A stretch of DNA of 63,693 nucleotides, the filler included, from Chiloscyllium plagiosum (Eukaryota), in the NCBI RefSeq assembly GCF_004010195.1. It is 4 parts of one record of this genome, joined end to end, with 100 filler letters (N's around TTAATTAATTAA, not from the genome) between each part and the next. Parts side by side here need not be neighbours in the genome. Positions count along the whole stretch, not along the records: positions 1 to 16,059 come from NC_057714.1; 3 more parts are not named here. The stretch is one strand, 5' to 3'. Shown piece after piece: positions 1 to 12,375 of the stretch (the stretch's first letter is position 1; each line of letters starts with the position of its first letter). The notes below the pieces were generated by a model. That model made no database searches, was not told the origin of the DNA, and saw only the letters and a program-made list of their open reading frames with translations. The translations under genes and the position numbers were made by a program.

Positions 1-1030
1 CTTTTACTTCCCTCCCTGTCCTGTCTGAAGTGTCTATATCCTGGAACATTTAGTTGCCAATCATCATGCCCTTCCTTCAACCAAGTCTCTGTGATTGCAA
101 TAACGTCATACTCCCAGGCACCAATCCAAGCCCGAAGTTCATCTGCCTTACCCACTATACTCCTTGCAGTAAATTAGATGCACTTCAGGCCACCAGTTCC
201 TTTGCGCTCACCTGCTCTCTGCCTCCCCTTCCCTTTATTAATGCTATCTTCATGATCCTTACAGTCTCCAGTCTCCACCTCGCTGCCTACTTGTTTTCTC
301 TTCTGGTTCCCAGCCCCCTGCCACATTAGTTTAAAACCTCCCCAATAGCAGGAGCAAAATCTCCCCCAAGGACATTGGTTCCGGCCTGGTTCAGGTGTAG
401 ACCGTCCCTTTTTAATAGTCCCACCTTCCCCAGAACCGGTCCTAATGTCCAACAATTCTGACCCCGTCCCTCCTACACCATCCCTCAAGCCACGTGTTCA
501 TCCTGCCGATTTCTTTCATTTCTACGCTGGCTAGCACGTGGCACTGGGAGTAATCCCGAGATCACTACCTTTGAGGTCCTCCCCTTTAACTTCTCCCCCA
601 GCTCCCTGAATTCTGCTTTCAGGACCACATCTTGTTTTTTACTTATATCGCTGGTGCCTGTATGCACCAAGACAACTGGCTGTTCACCCTCCCCTTTGAG
701 AATGCTCTGCAGCCGATCGGTGACATCCCTGACCCGAGTACCTGGAGTCCCATTTTCACCCACAGAGCCGCCTATCTACTCCCCTCACAATAGAATCACC
801 TATGACTATGGCTCTATGAGTCTTTTTCCCACCCTCCTGAACAGCAGTGCCCACCTCGGTGCCATGGTCCTGGCAACTGCTGCCCTCCCCTGGTGAGCCA
901 TCGCCCCCAACAGTATCCAAAACGATGTACCTGTTTCGGAGGGAGATGACCGCAGGGGACACCTGCACTGCCTTCCTGCTCTTTCTCTGTCTTTTGGTTA
1001 CCCATTCACTGTCTCCCTTAGCAACTTTAA
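1..1030 (-). mobile_element. CR1-clade LINE fragment: frameshifted ORF1 SGNH-esterase region followed by the start of ORF2
   Basis: ORFs 756..1076 (IVIGDSIVRGVDRRLCG) and 485..763 (PGTRVRDV...VHTGTSD...VVISGLLPVPRAS) carry the SGNH/GDSL esterase motifs typical of CR1 ORF1. Confidence 0.85.
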
Positions 1031-1634
1031 CCTTTGGACCTAGACTCTTCCATGGGGTAAAACATCCTCTCATCATTTATCCAGTCAAACCCCTTCAGAA
1101 TCCATTAAGTTTCAATGAGGTTACCTCTCATTCTCCTAAACTCCCGGAGTAGAGTCACAATCTCTGTAATGCTCATGAGGCAATCCCTCCATACCAGGGA
1201 TCATCCAAGTGAACATTCTCTGTACTGTCTCAATTAAATGATATCTTTCCTTAAATAAGGGGGCCAAAACTGCTCCCAGTACATCAGATGTGGTTTCACC
1301 AGCACCTTATACATTTGCAATATGACTTCCCTACTCTCTCATACTCCAATCCTCTTTCTGTATTCAGAGTACATATGCTTCCAGGAAACTTTCCTGGAAT
1401 GGTTCATTCAAATGGGTCTGGGTGGGTTACTCTTCGGAGGGCCAGTGTGGACTTGTTGGACCGAAGGGCCTGTTTCCACACTGTAGGGAATCTAATCTAA
1501 ATAAACCCCCCAGCTTCTGGAGAGTTCAATTAAATGCTCTGAGCCCTGTTACACCAATCTGGTAAAGGTCTTGTCTACGATTCACTCAATTTGTTAACAA
1601 GAAATGGCTAAAGGCATTTCATACTGCCTGAAAA

Positions 1635-2035
1635 CCTGTCCACCACCTACAAGGCACAAGTCAGGAGTGTGATGGAATACTCCCCACTCGCCCCTGGATG
1701 GGGCCAGCTCCAACACTCAAGAAGCTCAACGCCATCCAGGACAAAGCAGCCACTAGATTGGTACCACATCCACACAATGCACACTTTCCACCACCCACAC
1801 TCAGTAGCAGCAGTGTGTACTATCTACAAGATGCACTGCAGAAACTCACCAAAGATTCTCAGACAGTACCTTACAAACTCACAACCACTTCCATCTAGAA
1901 GGACAAGGGCAGTAGATACATGGGGACACCACCCCCTGCAAGTTCCCCTCCCAGGCACTCACCATCCTGACTTGTTAGTTCAGTGTCGCTGGGTCAGAAT
2001 CCTGGAAGTCCCTCCCCCAGGGCATCGTGGGTCAA
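1635..2035 (+). mobile_element. 3' fragment of a second non-LTR LINE family (CR1/L2 group); further copies at ~9630-9935, 21205-22090, 25520-26085, 46200-46495 (+) and 40720-41450, 61585-62280 (-)
   Basis: Recurring RT C-terminal motif YKAQVRSVMEYSPLAW and a shared 3' region ctagaaggacaagggcagcagatacatggg...caataaatgctgg across copies. Confidence 0.75.
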
Positions 2036-2548
2036 TAGGTTTTTATCTTTGATGGGATATGGACATCACTCACAAGACCAACCTTGGCTGACCTTCGCTA
2101 TTACTCCATGGACAGAGTGTCTCTCTTGGCCATTTCAGATGGTGGTTCAAAGCCACTAGATTGCTGTGGGTCTGGAGTCACATATCAGCCAAACCAGAGG
2201 AAGGAGTTCCTTCCCTAAAGAACATTAGTGAACCAGAAGATGTCAGAGCAGATGGAGGCCATTCAGCCCATCGAGTCTGCTCCACGACTCAATGAGATCA
2301 TGGTTAATCTAATCATCCTCGACTCCTATTCCCTGCCTTTACGCCATGATCCTTGATTTCCTTACTGACTACAATTCAGTCTGTCTCAGCCTGGAATATA
2401 CTTAATGACCCAGCCTCCACAGATTCTATGGGAAAGAATTCCACAGAATCACTTCCCTCTTACAGAACAATTCCTCCTCATTTTTGTCTAAAAAGGGTTA
2501 CATCTTATTCTGCAAATATACCCTCTGGACATAGACATTCCCACATAC

Positions 2549-3025
2549 GGAGAAAGTGAGGGCTGCAGATGCTGGAGATCAGAGCTGAAAATGTGTTGCT
2601 GGAAAAGCACAGCAGGTCAGGCAGCATCCAAGGAGCAGGAGAACCGACGTTTCGGGCATGAGCCCTTCTTCAGGAATCTTTCTGGGCAGAGGAAATGACC
2701 TGGGGTGTGCAGTGAGAGAGGGACTCACTGAAATCCTTGTAGAGGGAGGAAGAGAGCTTCTTCAAGGAAGGCATCCTTGCAAGAGGATTCGCAGTAGGGT
2801 TAAAATCTTCTAGGAGAAAGTGAGGGCTGCAGATGCTGGAAATCAGAGCTGAAAATGTGTTGCTGGAAAAGCGCAGCAGGTCAGGCAGCATCCAAGGAAC
2901 AGGAGAATCAACATTTCAGGCATGAGCCCTTCTTCAGGAAAGTGCTTATGCCTGAAACGTCGATTCTGCTGCTCCTTGGATGTTGCCTGACCTGCTGCAT
3001 TTTTCCAGCAACACATTTTCAGCTC
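2549..3025 (-). mobile_element. Penelope-like composite insertion (family A): two tandem terminal repeats (period 264 bp) plus an inverted partial repeat
   Basis: Direct repeat starting at 2549 and 2813; inverted copy at 2941-3025; flanking duplication cattcccacatacgga (2536-2551) / catccccaaatacgga (3025-3040); interrupts an old CR1 3' end. Confidence 0.8.
2646..2673 (-). ncRNA. Minimal type-I hammerhead ribozyme motif (family A)
   Basis: Minus strand reads CTGAAGA-A-GGGC-TCAT-GCCC-GAAACGTC: CUGANGA box, 4-bp stem II, GAAA, palindromic ACGT stem III, GUC cleavage triplet. Confidence 0.8.
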
Positions 3026-3316
3026 ATCCCCAAATACGGAAGCAACCTTTCCACATCCACTCTGTCAAATCCCTTAAGGATTTTGTATGATTCAGTCTCA
3101 TTCTTCTGACCTAAACATCTAAAGGTACCTGGGTGTCCTTGTTCATCAGTCACTGAAAGTTAATATGAAGCCAGCAATCACGAGGTCAAATGATATGTCA
3201 TCTTCATCTGAAGAGGATGGGAGTGCAGGACCATGTGTTGTTTCAGTGGTACACGGGTAAGACCACAGCTGGGGTACAGCCTGATCAGACCATAGGGCTG
3301 CTCGCTCAATGGGGGG

Positions 3317-3317
<1 letters not shown>

Positions 3318-3366
<49 letters not shown>
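3318..3366. repeat. (GA)n microsatellite; others at ~6724-6752, 7304-7340, 19264-19370, 28083-28103
   Basis: Dinucleotide runs seen directly. Confidence 0.95.
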
Positions 3367-4353
3367 TGACTGGTGATGGTTTAACCTAAGTATCACCCCG
3401 GCTCAGACAAGGCGAGAGGTTGAGGAGGATTATCCATCATGTAACCTCAGCCAGTACAGGAGTTGAACCGACAGTGCTGGACTCACTGTATATCACAAAC
3501 CAGCGCCCAGCCAACTAGCCCCCAATACAATGATGACTGTACAGGTGTAGACATTCTCATCAAGCTGGTCTGGAGAAGCTGGGAATGTGACCCTGGCTCT
3601 CCTGGGTCAGAGTGAGGGAAATTATCACTGTGCCACAAAAGTCTTTCCTGAATGTATAGGGGCCAAGCTACTCTTTGGTGCATTGTTGCCGTTTTGGTAA
3701 TTGTTTTGCCAAAGCCAGCGTTCTGTCTGGTGCTGGTTCTCTCCCGTAACGAAGGACAGGCTTGAGGGAGTGCTACAGAGAGTCACCAGGCTGAGTCCCT
3801 GGGACAGTGGGACTGTGCTCCGAGACAGTGAGCAGGCCAGGCTGGTATTCTCTGGAGTTTTAGAAGAACGAGAGATGACCTCATCAAAACTTTGGAAATA
3901 CAGCAAGGGGCAGACAGGGTCAATGGAGGAAGAGATATCCTGACCATGAGGTGGTGAAAACGAGGGGACAGTTTCAGAATAAGGGACATAACAACTAGGA
4001 ACAGGAGGAGCCCATTCAGCCCCTTGGATCTGCTCCATTACTGCATTCAATCATGGCTGATCATATCTCAGCCTCAACTCCACCAACCTGCCTAATCTCC
4101 ACAACCCGTCAACCCATTACTCACTAACAATCTGACTATCTCCTCCTGACATTTATTCAAATAAGGAGCAATGTCTTCACCGAGAGCAAAATGAATCTTT
4201 ACAAGTCCCTGCCTCAGAGGGCAGGAGAGCTCCACCTTCCAGCAGACACAAGGCAGAAACAGATTGACAACTTGATAGAAACGCTATCAAGGGGAATGGG
4301 CATTGCACCGGATCCAATAATTTAAGTGAATAATGGAGCAGGCTTGGAGGTAG

Positions 4354-5697
4354 AACATAGAACATAGAACAATCCAGCACAGAACAGGCCCTTCGGCCCT
4401 CAATGTTACACCGACCTGTGAACTATTCTCAGCTCGTCCCCTACACTATCCCAAAATCATCCATGTGCTTATCTAAGGACTGTTTAAATCTCCCTAATGT
4501 GGCTGAGTTAACTACATTAGCAGGTAGTGCATTCCACACCCTTACCACTCTCTGAGTGAAGAACCTGCCTCTAACTTCTGTCTTAAATCTATCACCCCTC
4601 AATTTGTAGTTATGTCCCCTCGTACACGCTAACACCATCATCTTAGGAAAAAGTCTTTCACTGTCTACCCTATCTAATCCTCTGACCATCTTGTATGTCT
4701 CCATCAAATCCTCTCTTAGCCGCCTTCTTTCCAATGAGAACAGACCCAAGTCTCTCAGCCTTTCCTCATAAGACCTTCCCTCCAGACCAGGCAACATCCT
4801 GATAAATCTCCTCTGCATCTTTTCCAATGCTTCCACGTCCTTCCCGAAATATGGGGACCAGAACTGTACACAATATTCCAAGTGTGGACGCACCAGCGTT
4901 TTGTATAGTTGCAGCATGATATTGCGGTTCCGGAACTCAATCCCTCTACGAATAAAACCTATCACACCGTATGCCTTCTTAACAGCACTATCCACCTGGG
5001 TGGCAACTTTCAGGGATCTATGTACATGGGACTCCAAGATTCCGCTGCACATCCACACTACCAAGAATCTTTCCACTGACCAGTACTCTGCCTTCCTGTT
5101 ATTCTTCCCAAAGTGCATCACCTCACATTTAGCTGCATTGAACTCCATTTGCCACCTCTCAGCCCAATTCTGCAGTTTATCCAAGTCCCCCTGCAACCTG
5201 TAACATTCTTCCACACTGACCACTACTCCCCCGACTTTAGTGTCACCTGCAAATTTACTAATCCATCCACCTATGTTATGCCTGTGTCTAAGTCATTTAT
5301 AAAAATGACAAACAGCAGTTGTCCCAAAACAGACCCTTGTGGCACACCACTACTAACCGGACTCCAGGCTGAATATTTTCCATCAACCACCACCCGCTGC
5401 CTTCTTTCAGAAAGCCAGTTTCTAAGCCAAGCTGCTAAATCACCCTCAGTTCCATGCCTCTGCATTTTCTCCAACAGCCTACCACGGAAATCAAATTGTT
5501 GCTTGCTAGATGATTATAAATCTTATCTCTTTTAATCATTTCCAAAACCTTTCCTACAACAGAAGTAAGACTCACTGGTCTATAATTACCTGGGTCATCT
5601 CTGCTGCCCTTCTTGAACAAGGGCACAACATTTGCAACCCTCCAGTCCTCTGGTACTAAACCTGTAGACAATGACAACTCAAAGATCAAAACCAAAA
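4354..5697 (-). mobile_element. CR1 (HER1-like) LINE, 5'-truncated, RT domain to 3' tail
   Basis: ORFs 5435..5695 (VPEDWRVANVVPLFKKG...NYRPVSLTS), 5271..5474 ([10 protein letters not shown]) and 4441..5223 (YKTLVRPHLEYCVQFWSPY...FFTQRVVRVWNALP); tail of agaacat repeats at 4352-4370. Confidence 0.93.
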
Positions 5698-6130
5698 GGT
5701 AAACTGTTGCTCTGACATACTGAGGAGTCTGCGTAAATCTGGTGTGAAAATGGTATTTTCACTTCTGTGACAGACAAGGACTGAGGGAGAAAGATTCAAA
5801 ACATGGGAAACCCCACTTAAGATGGAGAGAAGGGGAACCTTTTTTTGTGGAAATTATGAATTATCTTTCCCACAAACCAGTGGAGCTGGTGTTGTTGAGC
5901 AGTTTTAAGGCAGAGGTTAACACATTTTAAAGAAATATGGGAGTGAATGTCTGTCAGAAGGAGGGAGAATGTCTGTCAGAAGGAGGGAGAATGTGGAAAT
6001 GAGCAGGCAGACTCCCAAGGAACTTGTAAAAGGTCAGAGCACTTCCAATACGCTGTAAGGTCTTCTTCTGATTCCTATGTCCATTCAAAGTTCAGTGAGA
6101 CAGGCTCAAACACCTGGTCCATATCACAGC

Positions 6131-6603
6131 GTCGCACTTTCAGAGGGTCAGTGTTGAGGGAGAGGGCACTATCGGAGGGTCAGTGCTGAGGGAGTGTCGC
6201 ACTGTCAAAGGGTCAGTGCTGAGGGAGTGCCGCACTGTCAGAGAGTAAGTATTGAAGGAGTGCTGCACTGTCAGAGGGTCAGTGCTGAGGGAGTGCTGCA
6301 CTGTCAGAGGATCAGTGCTGGGGGAGTGCCGGACTATCGGAGGGTCAGTGCTGAGGGAGTGGACACTGTCGGAGGGTCAGTGCTGAGGGAGTGCTGCACT
6401 GTCGGAGGGTCAGTGCTGAGGGAGTGGGCACTGTCAGAGGGTCAGTGCTGAGGGAGTGCCGCACTGTCGGAGGGTCAGTGCTGAGGGAGTGCCGCACTGT
6501 CGGAGGGTCAGTGCTGAGGGAGTGGGCACTGTCGGAGGGTCAGTGCTGTGGGAGTGTGCCCTGTCGGAGGGTCAGTGCTGAGGGAGTGCCGCACTGTCGG
6601 AGG
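6131..6603. repeat. Minisatellite, 32-33-bp unit, ~14 copies (agggtcagtgctgagggagtgccgcactgtcgg); inverted remnant at ~30795-30848
   Basis: Period 33 seen directly (e.g. 6471 to 6504); no unique spacers between units. Confidence 0.95.
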
Positions 6604-6768
6604 TTGGATATGGGATGGGCTGGTTAAAGGAAGTTGTGGGAGGTGTCAGAAAGCTGAGCCGGTTGTGAGTCACATGGATCATGGAATCAGAGTGTTGGAG
6701 AGAATGTTGGGAAAAGGATAGCAAGAGAGAGAGAGAGAGAGAGAAGGAGAGAGGGGGCTTTCGCTAAC

Positions 6769-7228
6769 CTGGTTTGGGGGTTGGTTTTGATCCAAGCTCA
6801 ACCCCAGTTAACTTGTCGACACTCAGCTTCTGGATTCGTCGATATTGCTGCCTGTCGGTGTGCCCCTCGGGCCTGGGGATAGGACCAGACTGGGCCACAG
6901 GAGCACGGCCCCTTGCTGTTGTCTTCGACACTCTCCGCAGTGACCCTGGGACAATATCGGTGGGTAAGTGGAGGTACTGTCGGAGGAAGTGGATTCCCTC
7001 GTCAGTCAGGTACCAGTAGTGGTGTCTCCACACGTAGCTTTCTCGCACGTAACCACGGGATTTCAGGGAGCGAAGAGCTTGTATCACTTGGAGGTTGGTG
7101 ACTCCCTGCACCTCAGGGTGCTGACTCTGTGGTCGGCGGTCATCCTTTGCCACTATGACACCATCACGGAACAACAGCTCATAAATGTTCCTGAGCTCAC
7201 GCAGTGACATTAAAATACCAGCCACCAT
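6769..7228 (-). CDS. PLEC: First coding exon of plectin isoform-1 type (S10/plectin N-terminal domain), 153 codons + 1 nt
   Basis: [89 protein letters not shown] matches the plectin-1 N-terminus (MVAGMLMP...). Kozak AACCATGG; phase-1 donor CAG|gttagc at 6769/6768, as for plectin first exons. Could be a paralogue rather than the orthologue. Confidence 0.8.
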
Positions 7229-8650
7229 GGTTAAAGTGAGTCTCCTGGCTGACTATTTCAGAGATCTGGCAGAGGAACGGACTGTAAGGCAGCTCCACTC
7301 AGACAGAGAGAGAGAGAAAGTGAGTGAGTGAGAGAGAGAGACAGCAGCCCTGTACACTCTCCTGCCCCTCAGGAATGATCAGTCAGATGGGAAGAGGCTG
7401 CACTCACAGGTATCGCTGTGTAGGTGATCTGCTGTTTGAAGGCAGCAGCAACAGCAAAGTGAATGAATGGAGGCGACAGGGAGAGGGGCGGGAGAGCGTG
7501 GAAGAAATTAGAGAGGAAATCTGAACAGTTGCTTGCTCACTGCCACGGGCTGCAGTGAATTCCTGGCACGGGGCCAGGGAGTGAGTAAGAATCCAGAGGG
7601 TGAGTGAATGTCGTCAGGGAGGGAGGGAGGGAGTGACAGGACTGGTTCACAATCCAGGGCTATACCTCAGTGTTACTCAGTCAGCACGATGCAATCCAAT
7701 CTCTAACCACTTCTTCATTCAGCATGGCTGAGGTTAGGGTGTGGAGCTTTCCTGAGCTAGAACAGAGCCAACCAGAAATCAGACTGGTGACACCAATCAT
7801 CACATTGTGTGGATGAATGTCTCAGCTCAGCCACAAACCAAGTCACAGCAAAGACCAGGACAGGCTTCAACTAAAAAAGGAATACAGCACGAGACTCATT
7901 TTGTTGCTCTGCTAATTTAACACTGATATTTCACAGTCTACGAATAGCCCAGGACATTGAGAAGCCTGTAACACGAACTCTCAGCTTAATTTGGGAACAG
8001 TGGTTGCTCAGTTGCTGTTTACAGAGAGAGCCATTAAAAGCAGCTCCACACTGGCCTGTGCACTGACACCACTGTAAGAGAACAGGAGCAGAGCAAACAG
8101 CCAGCCCTCCTTCTTCATTTATGGTGGTGAAATGGACGAGGAATCTCTGACTCCATCCTTGGATTTTTAAACCTGGGATCTTTCCTGGACTAAAATGGGT
8201 TTAAAAACGGTTAACACTGACCAAAGTAATACTGACCAGTGTTATCATCTGACCAGGTTGAGCCAAGCTTCATGAAGCAAATCAATCAACAAGCCCCAGT
8301 CTAAACTAAAATTAACATGTCATCAAAAGAACTGCATCTGCTGTCTGACTGACATCTTCCTGTAGGATTCACATATTAAGATGAAAGGCACTCTAGATTA
8401 TCCAGTTTTGGGAAACAGACCAATAAAGCCAGACACAGGGATACACATGAGAACAGTATTTCAGACAACCGCTTTGAAGCCACAGTACAGAAAGTGGATT
8501 TGCCTGGACAGTCTTACTCTCAGCCTCTTGAAAAACATTGTCCAGTAATAAAGTAAATCAGAAAGAAATCCAGTTGCTGAGAATGCAAGAAAATGTGCAA
8601 AGTTCACCAACTGCTGGGGATACAAGATATCATTTTAAAAATCTCTGGGT

Positions 8651-9622
8651 CAGACTTTCAGAAAGCTTTTGATAAAGTCCCACACAGGAGGTTAGTGAGT
8701 AAAATTAGGGCGCCTGGTATTGGGGGCAAAGTACTAGATTGGATTGAAAATTGGTTGGCTGATAGGAAACAAAGGGTAGTGATAAACGGCTCCATTTCGG
8801 AATGGCAGGCAGTGACCAGTGGGGTACCGCAGGGATCCGTGCTGGGACCGCAGCTTTTTACAATATATGTTAATGGTATAGAAGATGGTATCAGCAATAA
8901 CATTAGCAAATTTGCTGATGATACAAACCTGGGTGGCAGGGTGAAATGTGATGAGGATGTTAGGAGATTACAGGGTGACCTGGACAAGTTAGTGAGTGGG
9001 CAGGTGCATGGCAGATGCAGTTTAATGTGGATAAATGTATGGTTATCCACTTTGGTGGCAAGAACAGGAAGGCATATTACTACCTAAATTGAGTCAAGTT
9101 AGGTAAAGAGGCAGTACAGAGAGATCTGGGTGTTCTTGTACACCAGTCAATGAAGGTAAGCATGCAGGTACAGCAGGTAGTGAAGAAGGCTAATAGCATA
9201 CTGGCCTTCATAACAAGAGGAATTGAGTATAGAAGCAAAGAGGTTCTTCTGCAGCTGTACAGGGCCCTGGTGAGACCACACCTGGAGTACTGCGTGCAGT
9301 TCTGGTCTCCAAATAGTGCCGAACCAGAGGACACAGCTTAAAAATACGGGGTAGACCATTTAGGACAGAGATGAGGAGAAACGTCTTCACCCAGAGAGTG
9401 GTGGCTGTGTGGACTGCTCTGCCCCAGAGGGCAGTGGAGGCCCACTCTCTGGATTCATTTAAGAAAGAGTTGGATAGAGCTCTCAAAGATAGTGGAATCA
9501 AGGGTTATGGAGATACGGCAGGAACAGGATACTGATTAAGGATGATCAGCCATGATCATATCGAATGGTGGTGCAGGCTCGAAGGACAGAATGGCCTACT
9601 CCTGCACCTATTGTCTATTGTC
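8651..9622 (+). mobile_element. CR1 LINE 3' fragment with internal deletion near 9313
   Basis: DFQKAFDKVPH...[11 protein letters not shown]...KFADDT, LVRPHLEYCVQFWSP; tail of ctattgt repeats. Confidence 0.92.
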
Positions 9623-10006
9623 TATTGAACACCTCAAGGATCCAAACCCATGATCACTTCCATCTAGAAGGACAAGGGCAGCAGATACATGGGAACACCA
9701 CCCCCTGCAGATTCCCCTCTGAGCCACTCCCCATCTTGACTGGGAAATATATCGCCGTTCCTTCACTGTCACTGGGTCAGAATCCTGGAATTCCCTCTCT
9801 CAGGGACGTTGTGGGTCAACACGCAGCACATGGACTGCAGCGGGTAAACAAGGCAGCTCACCCCCACCTTCTCAAGGGGGCAACTAGGGACAGGCAATAA
9901 ATACTGGGCCCAGCCGGTGACACTCACATCCCACAAAAACCAACTTTCAAAAAAATCTGAGGATTTATTGAAACCTGCCTATTCCTGGTCTACCAATGAC
10001 ATCAAA

Positions 10007-10090
10007 GCCTTTCCCATGTTCATACCATGACCTTGGCCTTTCCCATGTTCATACCATGACCTTGGCTTTTCCCATGTTCATACCATGACC
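10007..10090. repeat. 29-bp tandem repeat, ~3 copies (gcctttcccatgttcataccatgaccttg)
   Basis: Period 29 seen directly (10007, 10036, 10065). Confidence 0.9.
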
Positions 10091-10896
10091 GTATGGGTCT
10101 GTTTATGCTTGTTGTTATGTTTTATTTCTTTCTGCGGGGTTTGTAAATAAAATTCATCTTTCTTTCTCTCTAGAAAACCTTGGAATTGGTTTCTTCATTT
10201 TAGAATCTGAGAATTGTACAGCACAAAAGAGGCCCTTCAGCCCATCGAGTCCGTACTGCCAATACTGGTTTTAATTGAAGTCTGATACAGCTCCGTGTAA
10301 TGGCAACTGAGGGAGTTAAAAAGAAGGAATACTCACCGAGCCAGGTAATGAAACGTCTGGATATCAAACCTACAGCTCAGCGAGCGAACCTACACCCTAA
10401 ACCTCAAGCTGAGCTACAAACCTTCACAAACCTTGCAGAAGGAATACAATTCACCCCTCCTCACCTGATCACGATACATTCCATACGATCATGGCTGACC
10501 TCCTGTTGGTCCATTCCATCCTCCTGTTTGCTCTCCCTTAACCCTTGATCCCTCATTGATCAAATATCTAACCCGACCCATCCCTGCTCTCTAGGCAGTC
10601 AAATTCCACACAATAATGACCCACCCTCAGAAAGAGAAAGATTCCGTTCATCTCTGTCAAGGGAGAGCTGTCATTCCTAAACAATGTCCTCTAGGCCTAC
10701 CCTCTCCCAGAGGAGGGAACCTGCCCTCAGTATCCACCTTATCAAGATCTTCATGTTACAATGTGATCCCTCTCATTGTTCCAAACTCCACTGGGTATAG
10801 GCACAGTCTGTCCAAACACAACTCAGAAAGTAATCCCTACCCCATTCCAAGTGTCAGCTGTATGAACATTTTCTGATCTCCTTGTGAGACAATTGA

Positions 10897-11890
10897 CAAC
10901 AGACAACAGACAATAGGTGCAGGAGTAGGCCATTCTGCCCTTCGAGCCTGCACCACCATTCAATATGATCATGGCTGATTAACCTCAATCAGTATCCTGT
11001 TCCTGCTTTATCTCCATAACCCTTGATTCCACTATCCTTGAGAGCTCTATCCAACTCTTTCTTAAATGAATCCAGAGACTGGGCCTCCACTGCCCTCTGG
11101 GGCAGAGCATTCCACACAGCCACCACTCTCTGGGTGAACAAGTTTCTCCTCATCTCTGTCCTAAATGATCTACCCCGTATTTTTAAGCTGTGTCCTCACC
11201 CATCAGCGGAAACATGTTTCCTGCCTCCAGAATGTCCAATCCAAATTTGGAGACCAGAACTGCACACAATATTCCAGGTGCGGTCTCACCAGGGCGCTGT
11301 ACAGCTGCAGAAGAACCTCTTTGCTTCTATACTCAATCCCTCTTGTTATGAAGGCCAGCATGCTATTAGCCTTCCTCACTAACTGCTGTACCTGCATGCT
11401 TACCTTCATTGACTGGTGTACAAGAACACCCAGAACTCTCTGTACTGCCTCTTTACCTAACTTGACTCCATTTAGGTAGTAATCTGCCTTCCTGTTCTTG
11501 CCACCAAAGTGGATAACCATTCATTTATCCACATTAAACTGCATCTGCCATGCATCTGACCACTCACCTAACCTGTCCAGGTCACCCTGTAATCTCCTAA
11601 CATCCTCATCACATTTCACCCTGCCGCCCAGCTTTGTATCATCAGCAAATTTGCTAATGTTACTATGAATACCATCCTCTATATCATTAATGTACATTGT
11701 AAAAAGCTGCGGTCCCAGCACTGATCCCTGCGGTACCCCACTGGTTACCGCCTGCCATTCCGAAATGGAACCGTTTATCACTACCCTTTGTTTCCTGTTA
11801 GCCAACCAACTTTCAATCCAAGTCAGCACTTTGCCCTCAATACCATGCACCCTAATTTTGCTCACTAACCTCCTATGTGGGACTTTATCA
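10897..11890 (-). mobile_element. CR1 LINE 3' fragment, same subfamily as 8651-9622 but inverted
   Basis: ORFs 11521..11865 and 11203..11520; nucleotide sequence is near-identical to the reverse complement of 8670-9620. Confidence 0.92.
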
Positions 11891-12340
11891 ATACAGCCTT
11901 TCTTAAATAGGAGACTAAAGCTGTGCCCAGTTTTGTGGATGTGCTCTCACACTGACCAGCTGCAGTAACACCCTGACATTTCTATTCCTTTCCCTCACAA
12001 TAAACAACAACTATCCAGTTACTTTCCTCATCACTTGCTGTTCCTGCAAACTAACGTTCCGTGATTGATGGGCAGGCCACCCAGATCCCTCTGCACCTCC
12101 ACATTCAGCAATCTCCCTCCATTTAGGTGAAGTTTCCCTTTCTAGTCTCCTGCTAAAGTGAAGATTTTCACATTTCCCCAGATTACACTCTCTGGGACAT
12201 GTTTTCGCCCACTCCGTTCACCTGGATGTATCTGTTTGCAGACTCTCTACCTCCTTTCCACCTCTCTCTGGTTTGTTCAATATATCATTTCCATTGCATC
12301 ACACTGTAATTCTGTGCCTTACAATCTTGTATTCTACAAC

Positions 12341-12375
12341 CACCTGATGAGGGAGCAGCGCTCCGAAAGCTAGTG
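12341..12375 (+). ncRNA. Minimal hammerhead ribozyme motif (family B) within a PLE-derived repeat at ~12290-12465
   Basis: CAC-CTGATGA-G-GGAGC-AGC-GCTCC-GAAAGCTA-GTG: stem I CAC/GTG, stem II GGAGC/GCTCC, palindromic AGCT, CUA cleavage triplet. Confidence 0.85.

Noticed and set aside
6131..6603. CRISPR-like appearance of the 33-bp and 70-bp arrays
   Set aside because: Units are contiguous with no unique spacers, there are no cas genes, and the context is vertebrate.
6194..6627. Cys-repeat ORFs (HCQRVSAEGV..., ECRTVGGSVLR...)
   Set aside because: Translations of the 33-bp minisatellite.
6764..7228. Ribosomal protein S10 (RPS10) gene or retrocopy
   Set aside because: The MVAG N-terminal extension, the RRPQSQHP segment and the phase-1 splice donor fit the plectin-1 first exon; the RPS10 C-terminus is absent.
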